DNA of 61,989 nt, counting the filler, from Platydemus manokwari (Eukaryota), in NCBI GenBank assembly GCA_037951405.1. It is 5 parts of 5 records of this genome, joined end to end, with 100 filler letters (N's around TTAATTAATTAA, not from the genome) between each part and the next. Parts side by side here need not be neighbours in the genome. Positions count along the whole stretch, not along the records: positions 40,034 to 52,611 come from JBBMOY010074456.1; positions 52,712 to 61,989 come from JBBMOY011272873.1; 3 more parts are not named here. One strand, written 5' to 3'. Under the pieces are notes generated by a model. That model saw nothing but the letters and a program-made list of their open reading frames with translations, did not search any database and had not been told where the DNA came from. This document shows, one piece after another, positions 51,747 through 61,989 of the stretch (its first letter is position 1; every line of letters begins with the position of its first letter). The position numbers were made by a program, and so were the translations under genes.

Positions 51747-52540
51747 AAATAATTATTAAACATATTGTGTTGTTATAGTTCTCATTGGTCCTTGAGAGCC
51801 TTGGTAAAATGATTGAAAAAATTATTGTTGATGGAGATGTCTTAGTATCAAAAGCTAATATTATTAGTCGACGTTAATATTAGAAAAATGAATTCTTCAA
51901 TTGTATAAACAATAAACAGATTTCGATAAACTGTGACGCACAGTGCAAACAGATAACTGCTTATATTAGCACGAGAAATATTAGGAAATTCCAAACGGAA
52001 AAGCTATGATGTTGATTAATTTTGATAACATGTTGTTTAAATGCAACATAATATTACTTTATAAAGCTACTTGAAAAATGGATAGAGCATTGAAATATAT
52101 TTATTATTCACATTAGTTTGAAGCCTTCTTCAATGAATAAATGTCACAAAATAAGTAATAACCATCTTACTCAGAAATATTTTCTAAAATATAATTTCGT
52201 CAACTGGATGAATGAATACTTTCAACTTCGTTAATTACAGTTTGATTTTTTCTTTCCATTCTTCACGAATGAAATATTTTGTATTTAGTAACACTGATCA
52301 GCTCACTTTATATACCCATTTTGGTTATACGTGTTTTGTTAAATTTCTTCATTAAATTTTCAGCATATACGGCCAATTTTTCTTATTAAATTTTTAATGT
52401 CATTTTTTTGTTGTTTGTCCATAAACCTGATTAGTTTTTCTTCTCTTATACTCATTTCTGTTTGACAAAGATTTCTTATTTTTTCACTATTTTTTCCTAC
52501 TTAAACTGTCATTAAATAACATTCTCTTATATATTTTATT

Positions 52541-52542
<2 letters not shown>

Positions 52543-52611
<69 letters not shown>
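52543..52611. repeat. (ATT)n microsatellite at a contig end
   Basis: Read directly from the sequence; it runs into the gap 52612-52711. Confidence 0.95.
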
Positions 52612-52711
52612 NNNNNNNNNNNNNNNNNNNNNNNNNNNNNNNNNNNNNNNNNNNNTTAATTAATTAANNNNNNNNNNNNNNNNNNNNNNNNNNNNNNNNN
52701 NNNNNNNNNNN
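52612..52711. other. Assembly gap with TTAATTAATTAA spacer
   Basis: 100-bp N-run with central spacer. Confidence 0.95.
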
Positions 52712-53080
52712 ATTATGATTTAAGAAAATAATTTCTTCACTAATTTATTTTACTCCCTGAGATTAACATTAGAATCTTATGAAATTCAAAATATTGAAAG
52801 CGTTGCTGAAGTATTTGGTTTAATGAATTTTATATTACTAGATAAAGCAGATAAAGAAATCGAAAATTGATCGGTTTGATACTTGATAAAACTAAAGAAG
52901 ATCCAAATAAAGATAATAAAGGTTTTAAAACAAGGAAAGTTTTCGATAATTTAAAACGCACATCCAGATGAATATTTCCTTTCAAACAATTATTTGGATT
53001 TTTCAGAAAGTTGCAATAGATATTAGGTTTACTTTAAATAGAAACATAGAGCAAAAGGAGAAGGACAAATAACTTTGACA
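52712..53080 (+). pseudogene. Polinton-type major capsid (double jelly-roll) fragment
   Basis: ENNFFTNLFYSLRLTLESYEIQNIESVAEVFGLMNFIL, then DKTKEDPNKDNKGFKTRK and LFGF. Compare the Polinton MCP pattern NN...LF..IR..L.G.EI...N.GF..R...LFGF. Confidence 0.6.
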
Positions 53081-53189
53081 TCTTTAGAATTAAGAATGCC
53101 AAACAACCAAAATCATACAATTATAATGGAATAAACAAATCTCAATAAGGAAATAATTAATGAATTTGAAAAAATAATAAACAATATTA

Positions 53190-53515
53190 TAAAAAACAAA
53201 AAGAAGTTGGTTTTTACCTTTATTAGCGGCATCACCGACAATAATAGTGGGTTTAAGTGGTGCAGCAAAAATTGATGGGGGAATGCAACTGTTGTAAATC
53301 AAGAAAAATAAGTTAATAAAAATGATTTAGAAATTAGTAAATTAGCGGAAGAATTGAAAGAAACAAAACAAGGAAATACTGGATCTAAAGGATCTAGCAT
53401 CAATATAAATCCTAATGAAGGGTTTTATATGATTTCATAAAAATACTATATATGAAAAATTAGCATTTCTAAAATAGGTTAAAGATGAAGGAATTTATTT
53501 GCCACCATATGATAA
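53190..53515 (+). pseudogene. Polinton/adintovirus core-like protein (GGFLP / 'cupiennin'-type) fragment
   Basis: WFLPLLAASPTIIVGLSGAAKIDGG(fs)ATVVNQ ... KDEGIYLPPY. Compare GGFLP...GLSA...GG.A..VN...G.GLYL.P. Confidence 0.5.
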
Positions 53516-53574
53516 GTAAATTCTAGGTTAAAAAATTAGCAGATTTCCCTTAGAAGAAAAGTTGTAATAAGAAA

Positions 53575-54170
53575 TATAGTACATTGATAATATCTGCTGG
53601 CAAAAAATCATAATGGAGATTTATGCTTTTATTTCCCTTGAAATTAGATTAAATATTTGAATATGAAATTGGTTTAATATCGATAAGTGTTTATAATTCT
53701 ATTTATAATATAAATGGTAGTAACAATGAATTTAAATACGAGCAAAAACATCATAAAATTCCATCAGATGCACGAGAAATTCCAGACATTAATGAAAAAA
53801 TTAAAAAAAGGGTTAACCCCTTATAATTTTGATAACATAGTACAAGGAAATAAAAATAAAAATTCATTATACAATATTTATATAGAACTTGAGGAAGCAA
53901 CATTAAATGCAATGTAATGACGAAAGGAAATATAAAATTTATGAATTTAGGATCTTTATTAGGATTTGATAATAATAATATGGTATATGTTTCTGGATCT
54001 CATTTAGATGAAAATGAAATAAATATCGATGAGCTTATGTTAATAAATGTTGAATGTTCAATAACTTATGGAGAACAAATATTAATTTCTAGTATCAAAT
54101 TATATATATTTGATGATTATGGGATCTCACCAACTAAAGAAGTTTATGAATTACCTAGATAGAAATATAT
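53575..54170 (+). pseudogene. Polinton-type minor capsid (penton) pseudogene
   Basis: EYEIGLISISVYNSIYNINGSNNEFKYE..KIPSDAREIPDINEKI (fs) IELEEATL (fs) LGSLLGF...HLDENEINIDELMLINVECSITYG...ISPTKEVYELPR. This follows the penton pattern YNS..NI...NN.F.Y / IP.G.YEI.DIN / LLGF / VEC.I..G. Confidence 0.68.
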
Positions 54171-54539
54171 TGCATGTATTTTGTGATAATATTCCTTGTA
54201 GCACGCAGCGCAAAGCAAGAAGTTCTAATCTCCAGAGATTCTCAACAAGTATTCAAATTTTTCTAATTCATCACTTTCTTGTAATTGGATTGAGGATATC
54301 TCGGTTGAGGACTATCAAATATTCTAATATCAGCAAACGTGTGTTGAAAACATTTATGTTCTTTTACATTGGAAAATAAATCTGAAAAGCGATTAAACAG
54401 AAAAATAGTTCATTAATTGTTTATTTAAAATATTCTTTGAAATGTTTATTTACTGATAACAGATGAAAATAATAAAAAAAACGGAAAACTGTTTAATGTG
54501 TTGGTTTTACAGAAAGTCGATTATGAAACTGATTGAGAA

Positions 54540-55400
54540 TATGTATAAGAGAATTTTGCATGAGGTCTTCTGGTTAAAAATAAATTGAGAAATTTAAACA
54601 AAACATAGTTCGTCTGTAAATCTAAACAATTTCAATGTTTTATGAAGAAATTTTCAGTTTAAATGCATTATAAAAATTTTTTTAAAATGTTTAATTTCTA
54701 CCTTATAATTAAATAATTGTTTCAGATAGATATCATTTACGAAATATTATTTTGTGGTATATGATGGAGTTAATGCGAAGTGACTTGAAAAAGCTGATGT
54801 ATTTTTTGTGGAAAGATGAAATGAATGCACCAGAAATTGAGAAGAAGATTAACTACATGCTTGGCACCGGTACTGTGTCTGTGAAAAACTGCCAGCGAAT
54901 AATTTCAAAATTCTGTTTTGGTAATTTCGTCGATGATAGTGAAGAGCCAAGTGGACGAACATTGGTTGAAAATGACGTAGAAAAGAGGAAACAAATTTGA
55001 AAATTTCAATTTACTCCACGATAACCGTCTACCGCATACGGCACTTGTAACTCAAAATAAGTTTGTTGAGATCTGTTTTACGGCAATACTGCATCCACCC
55101 TGTTCTCCAGACCTTGGCACTTCACGCTGTTTTCTCGTATGCAAAATTCATTCCGTGGGAAAACTTATCACTCCGCTAAAGAGATTAAAGATTATTTGGA
55201 AAAAAGGTTGTTCAATTCAAAAGCTGCGGTATTCTATGAAAACCGCATAAAACAACTTCCAGAACGCTGGTAAAGTGTGTGGAACTTAAAAGTGACCATT
55301 TTCAACATTTCAGATTTACAGACGAATGATGTTTTGCTTATATTTCTCAATTTTTAAAAATATAGAAAATATCGGACAAAAATTTCGTTCCAATCCCATA
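54540..55400 (+). mobile_element. Internally deleted mariner (DD34D-type) element nested in the Polinton relic
   Basis: HTH ORF 54752-55000 (APEIEKKIN..LG..TVSVKNCQR...F..GNF..D.E.PSGR). Then HDN (55017), HPPCSPDL (55073) and IKQLPERW*. Inverted repeats 54582-54626 / 55309-55354; TA at both putative ends. Confidence 0.85.
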
Positions 55401-55849
55401 TTCTAATCAATAAATGTAGCAAATTATTTTTGTTCTAAAGTGTTACATTATTCCAATTCTAACAGTGATTGTTTATCATTTCTATGAAATTAATTTATAA
55501 ATTTATATGCTCATAATCGATTAAGTTCTCTTTTGTAAGGATTTTTTAATTTACAAAACAATTTTATTCCAATATTCGAGTACCACAGAAATTCAATTAA
55601 AATCTAAACACAGCATTGTCATATTTTTCATAAAACTCTTAACAACATAAGAAAATTTGTTTGAAATCTCAAACAAAAAATTATCTACGAGATGTCAGTT
55701 ACCAAAATACACTATCTTTAATTAGACAGAATGATAATTTCAATAAAGTTTATATTTTCAAAATTGTTTTCTTCTACCAGTTATGTATGGCTCTCTGTTG
55801 CGTATGTGTTCCTTAATGTTGATATTTATAAACATCGTTATTGATAAAT

Positions 55850-57600
55850 AAGTGCTATTTTGTAATTCTTCTTCATTTTGTTATCATGTTAATTATTGAT
55901 TATAACGGGATTTGCGAATATTTGATAGGCTGACATGTTTAATTGCTTTGTATGAGCCCATTGATTATGATGAATTATGTTACCCATTTTTCTGAATTTT
56001 AATTTTAATCTCTAACTTTACATTCAACAGTAAATTCTAAATAAATTTTCATTCATCGAAAACATTACATCATAAACGAGCCTATATAGCAATATTCTCT
56101 ACTGTTATGATTAGAAATCTTTGTTACTAATATCGATATTTGGAAAGCTTTTAACATTAACTACCAGAGAATGATTCAATTTCTAATAGCAACGCACGGT
56201 TTTTCATGACCGTTTTTGAACTTCACAACATTTATAAAATTAACGATAAGGATTTATTCGAATCCAAGCATTTATAATTATATGGCCAAGATGTAACTGA
56301 TAAATTTCTTAATACAATTGAAGAAATTAATAAAAAATTAACAGATGTAAAACATTATGTATGAGCTATAAATGATAAATGAACAAGTAACATGAAAATG
56401 AAACATGAGGATGAAATAAATTTCAAAAAATTGGTTTTAATACAAAACAGGATTGGTAACAGTGTCAGTCTACGACCATAACATTGGAAAATATTGAAGT
56501 GCCTCAAGGAACAATTGTAATTTAAATAATAAATAACAACGTTTTATCTTCATTCTTTCCTATTTTCGTATTGAAAGCAATTATTATTTACATTTTTACT
56601 GAAATCAATAAAATTTTCCAAATATATAAAAGAGAGGTAGAACTCTTTTACAGATGAAAAATATTAAATGTTTTAAACATAATAATTTAAAAATATTTTG
56701 TAATTATTATACTTAATCTTATTTGATTTATAAATCTCACAGACATAAAATACAGATATCCACAGGTGATTATATTTGATGGGATTTTAATGAGTCTGAT
56801 GAAATACAAAATATAAAAGCATTATTTACCAGTGATAAATTTTATTCTAAATAAACTGAAAAAGTTGTAAGTGAATAAGAATATCAATTAGAGTATCAAA
56901 ATTATATTGATCGGAAATTTAAATATTTTAAAGAATTTATGATTGATTATATGAAATTAGATATTTTGATATTATGAAATTATTTGGTCAATATGCAAGA
57001 TATCAGTGTAGATATTTATATTTGAGGACATTATTTATATAGACTTTGTGTCTTTTATACTATTCGATACCTGATGATTGTTATTTCTATACATGACTGA
57101 GATGAAAAAAATATCCAATGTGGAAGTATTATATACATTATAGTGATTGTAATAGTTTATAAAATGAATATTATTTAGATGAACATGAAACTTTAAATAA
57201 TGTATAAAACGAAATATTTTAATTTAAAGATGGAAAACCTTCAGCAAAATTTAACTGATTCCAGACAATATTGTGTTTAATAAGAAAATCAAACACAGCT
57301 CATTGAATTCTTATCAGTTAGTTGCTCAGAAAATGTGGGATTATTAAAAGAAATTTAAAAGCAAAACACCATAAATTTGCTGCATATATTAAAATTTTGA
57401 ATGGTGTTCAAGAAATGAAGATTGTTAACATGGTGTAATCAGAAGAAATACAAATGATAAACTAAAACAAATCGATAATTGATAAAGAAACCATGACGTG
57501 CATCAAAGCCAGAAATCAGCACATATCTAAATCTTTAAGAGTTTATGCTTTCAACGAGAAGGATCATAGCTATTGAAGGAACATAAAATTGAGCAAATAC
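55850..57600 (+). pseudogene. Protein-primed family B DNA polymerase pseudogene (Polinton type)
   Basis: YGQDVTDKFLNTIEEINKKL (~56280). DHNIGKY*SASRNNCNLN (56474; cf. DH.TGKYRGAAH..CNL). DKFYSK*TEKVVSE*EY (~56835). KEFMIDYMKLDILIL (~56930). ENVGLLKE (~57330). MTCIKARNQHISK...AFNEK (~57493; cf. IRS..H...LS..DDKR). Confidence 0.7.
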
Positions 57601-57749
57601 AATAAGTTGTAATAGATGTTAACATCAAGAATAACATTTAAAGAACTACTATATGAAATTTTCAAAGTATAATCAGTATAAGCTTGGATATCAAGAACAC
57701 ACACAATCAATGTGAGTTGGAGATGTCGAAATGAGTGATAACAGTTTCA

Positions 57750-59230
57750 GAAACTTACAAATAAATTTAGATTAAACAGCTAAATAGAATACTAAAACTT
57801 AAAAGTTGTAATTTCAGAAGAATGTGTAGATTAAACTCAATATGATAGGTCTACACTCATCAGAATTGTGTAAGCATAAATAGTAATATTAGGATGTACA
57901 ATATAAGTAGAACGTATTATAATAATACAATACGCACACATGATTATTAAAACTATTATTGAATATAAATTATCAGTAAAATGATAATAAAATACAAATA
58001 ATAATAAAAGTTATAAGTTTTGTAACTAAAATTAATGCATAAGTTTATAAAGAAGGAATTGAGAAGGAGAAAGAAACGGCGATAAATGCTAAAAGAATGT
58101 AGCATGGTTAGATAAAATATAATAAAGCGTTTGTTAGACACAGATGGAGGAAAGAAAGTTATTAAGATAACTGGAGTATATTAAAATATAAAATACTGAA
58201 AAACGTTTGCGTTGTGCAGATAATAATAAAATAAGTAATATTTGTAATGTAGCATTAAAAAGATCAGCAGGAATAAAGCAAATAATTTATATTTTATTGT
58301 GAATTGAATTCAATAATAATAGAGCGAATAAACCCTGAATGCTACAGTACAAAATAAAATTAACATCAGTCCACTAGAAGTCATATTTGCTAAATCACAT
58401 ATAGATCAAAGCAGCGTGCCAATGGTTAAGTGGATATATAGGAAATGAAAGAAGCCTTACTGATAAACATAAGAAATAATAAAGCAGAAATTTAAGTCAG
58501 TTGATAAATTAATGCTGAAAAATTATATATTGGTTATTGTGAGACTTGACCTTATTTTAATTAGTAGTTATATTTAATATATTTACCGTATCTTCTATAT
58601 TAGGTATTGGAATCGCTTGTCCTGCTATTAAATTTAACTATCTGAAATGAAAACACAATCTAATATTTTTCTTTTTATCTTCCAAATAAAAACAAGTGGA
58701 GTATTCGATGACAGGTTTTATTCTCTTATGATGTAATTTTCCACGCATTCTTGTTTGCTTCATCTTTCTTTAATTCCAGAGTTCACAGGTTGCCTCTATA
58801 GATTGATATTCATTGGATTATATCATTCGTTATAATTTTGTGTCTCACTAATTTTATACAGCCAATAATCAGCCATGAATACATTCCTGTTATTATTAAT
58901 AATATCAGGTAACCAATAATCTTCCTTTAGTTTCAGACATTATTTACATTTCTCAAATCTGACTTCATTATTATTGATCTTTCTTAATTCAGCTGTTATC
59001 TCGCAAATGAATATGCATCTTTCTTTTTCTTTATACATTTTTTTATTTAAAAATTTCTTGTTCCAGAATAACTTTATTCCAAATATTCTTTGAAATTTAA
59101 TTGCAGGCTACGATTTGTTAAGATATGATTTAGACAGCTCCAAATGTTACCTTGTTTGTTTGTATTCCCACTTCAATCTTAGTCAATCCCTGACCACGTG
59201 AGTCCGTGTAGCCAAATATATATCAAAATG
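57750..59230. mobile_element. Probable LINE/RTE-like reverse transcriptase scraps (+ at ~57.75-58.5 kb, - at ~58.6-59.2 kb)
   Basis: Strand-skewed, broken coding-like sequence with only faint RT-like motifs. Confidence 0.22.
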
Positions 59231-61989
59231 AATTTTCAGCTCTATTGTTATTCTAATTATTTATGACTGCGGAGATATGAATGAAAAATCAATAATACAC
59301 AATAAAATGATTTATTGGTTTAAAATTTTTTATTATGAGTTTAAATCAAATATATTCGCAGAACCATTTCTTCAAATGGAGTTTATATAATCTAATATCA
59401 TGAAATCTTTGAGAGCACATGAGGAAGCGATAAAATAATTATGTAAACTACCACTATTTTAAAAAGGACATATCGAAACGAATTGAAACGCCAAGACACA
59501 AAATTATATTTTATTACAATTTAATTTATGAAATTGAAATCGAAAATATTTCAGAAATCCTCACGTGCCACTTTATTAATTCATTGAAATTTAAAGAGTT
59601 CAAAATGACAAACAATATGACAAGAAATAACTCAGAGGTGGTGTTGTCAGTTGTAACATTAAACATGCTCTTTGTTTGCAAAAAGCATGTTTTGAATTTC
59701 TTGATTTTTTTTGCGGATATTTTAGAATTTTAAGAAAATAAAATATTCTGGGGATTGCAGTGCCTTAATGAGACAATTTCAGCATTTAAATGGTACATTA
59801 TAAGCAGTCTGTTATGGAGTATAAATCAATTATCGAGTTGGAATTCAGTTTATTTAATGACAATTTGATTTAAAATATTTATTTAGTATTAAAGCCAGTT
59901 ACATATTGTCAGTAGATAATTTTTAAAATATTTTTAAAAATTAATTAATAGCCTCATTAAAAATAAAAATATTTTTTAGTATTATCAGTAGATAAATTTA
60001 GAAATTAATGATATTGTATTAATAGCCCTATTAAAAATAATAATATAATCAATAATAATATTATGTTTTCATCCTTATTTCATATCACAATTGCCTTTAT
60101 TAATGCTTAAGTATGTCGATATAAAACAGACGAATATAAAAAAAATATTGAATTTATAAAAAATTTTTAATGATCTATTCAATAATATTTATAAAGATTT
60201 TCTCGTTGTCACAGGCAATGACTTCAGAAATCTATATTTATGAAGTTGTTTATAATCATTAATTAAATATTATCGTCATCATTACGCTATGCATCGATAA
60301 TAATTACACCAACGTTTGCATTTCTTATTCGAATTTAATTTTCAAAATTTTACATCTCATATTTCATTGAATTTATTGGAACCTGTTCTTATATTTTCTA
60401 AATACTGGCTTGTTAAACAAGGAGGGAAAAGGTTTTGGTATTTGCATGTCACAGAATGTTAAATAATCAATATTTATCCATTATTTTTACATAAAAATTA
60501 GTGTTTCCTAGGGTTCGATTAATAACGGAGATTGTGAAATTACTATCATTCGGCAGACACTAACGAGACTATTGGTGCTTATTGCTATTTCTAACAATGA
60601 TATGATTTTTGTATGATTTTCTATTCTCGTAATCTAAGGTGTCTAATAGGGACAAAGCATAGTTTTTAAACCAAGTTCCTTTTATAATCACAACACTTCT
60701 ATCTGATTATTTGAATTTATAAATTTAATTTTTTTAAATTATAAATCAAGTCTGTTAACTACAGACATGCTTGATAACATTATTGCTTATTTTTATAAAA
60801 TAATTGCGAAAATATCGAGTATTTCTTAATTTGTTTCTGACATTAAAGGGGCTCTCACTAATTTTCAATAAATTGGAATTCGATCTACTTTTTTAATTTT
60901 TTCAAATAATCAAATTTTAGGAGATTTTGAAACTCTAGTCTATTTAATATTTGATTTCAAACAATTAAAATTCTTCTTAAGTACTTAAATAAAAAATTCA
61001 AAATATTTTTAATCAATATGATTAAATTAACTAAATAGAATTTTGCAATACACTCAACAAATTTTAAATTTTATTTTAGAACTTCTTTCCTTAACTTTAA
61101 CCAATAATTGTGGTAAACATTTTGTTTATGGAGTATTTTAAAATTAAGTATATGCTTGATCAAAATTCAAGAAACATCTCTCTTGAAACTCAAACGGATA
61201 ATTATTTATTTTTTATATTGAAATTGTGTTGTATTAAAATATTGAACTTGAAATCGAACAATTAAGACCGTTATTAACAATTACAACTCATTAGTGTCGA
61301 TAAAACTATAACAATATAATCAATAACAGTTTAAACCACAGTAATTTTTAAAAATATTTTTCAAACCCAGTTTTGAATAAAAATCTCCAGCAATTAGGAC
61401 AAATCGATTCGATTATAAAAACCAAAAATTATTTCCATTGGTAAAACCCATAAAGTATTTTATTATTCATACATGCTACTATTAATTATCAATAGATAAT
61501 TTTGCAAATACTAATTAGCATGAATTTACAAACCTATAACAAATTCAAACAATGGTCAGAGTTAAATTAAATTAAATATGGTCAAATTAAGAAAAGGGGT
61601 TCCTTTGACATAATTTTAATGTAGTTGTTTTTCGTGTAATATTTATTTGAAAATTTTTTTTATAATGATATTTTTTTCATATCTTGACTTAAAATTCAAT
61701 TTTGGATAAAACAATTAAAATCGCTAAATTCTAATAGAAAAACAACACTCACTAATTAATATCGATTCAGTCGTTTGAGTATAAATGTCTCGGTTATCTT
61801 GATTGTTACACCTGAACTTTGAAATAGAAAAGAGAAGATATCAAGAGTAAAAAGACAACTCGTTTCCATCAATGTTTTATTATATTTTTAAAATTACACC
61901 GTTTGTTTTTTTTAATATTTAAACAAATCTCATTTTTTATCTAACTTCCCCCTCCCGTTGTTTTTGAGATCCTTTTTAGCCACTCAATT

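Larger units (their letters stand above)
52712..57600 (+). mobile_element. Decayed Polinton/Maverick (adintovirus-like) endogenous element
   Basis: Four virus-type pseudogenes on one strand (major capsid, GGFLP core protein, penton, pPolB), detailed in the sub-features below. Confidence 0.72.

Noticed and set aside
52100-52330. Possible mariner C-terminal scrap on the minus strand
   Set aside because: Too degenerate, and in the wrong order to pair with the 49850-50190 fragment.
53530-53640. Possible adenain protease (VH*..YF) in the Polinton relic
   Set aside because: Better explained as the penton N-terminus leading into YEIGL..YNS.
1-61989. tRNA, rRNA, SL RNA, U2 snRNA, CRISPR or prokaryotic operons
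   Set aside because: None recognised by eye and the window is clearly eukaryotic; a tRNAscan-SE/Infernal run would be needed to exclude small RNAs formally.

Overview
Very AT-rich eukaryotic (metazoan) genomic DNA with short 41-70 nt GT-AG introns. It resembles a planarian or other flatworm draft assembly, but that is an inference from style, not a proven ID. There are five N-gaps, four carrying an artificial TTAATTAATTAA spacer. Six protein-coding genes were reconstructed by hand: an SRSF4/5/6 (B52-like) SR splicing factor (-), a signal peptide-LRR-Ig-TM receptor (+), an intronless GALNT10-like ppGalNAc transferase (+), an intronless Cys-rich (CxxC repeat) + LRAT/NC-domain protein (+), and a head-to-head pair TTC14 (-) / NOC4L (+). 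The intergenic space is mostly decayed mobile DNA: an R2/NeSL-type (REL endonuclease) non-LTR retrotransposon, three copies of one LTR family (two complete solo LTRs with 4-bp TSDs), mariner remnants and microsatellites. The most notable items are missed or only fragmentarily shown by the ORF track: (i) a fossil Polinton/Maverick (adintovirus-like) virus with major capsid, GGFLP core protein, penton and protein-primed DNA polymerase at 52.7-57.6 kb; (ii) a candidate poison exon in the SWQ|DLKD intron of the SR gene; (iii) the CxxC-repeat + LRAT architecture; (iv) a possible decayed LRR-Roc-COR-kinase (Roco/LRRK-like) gene at 36.5-40.9 kb. All homology calls are by-eye motif recognition; no database search was run.
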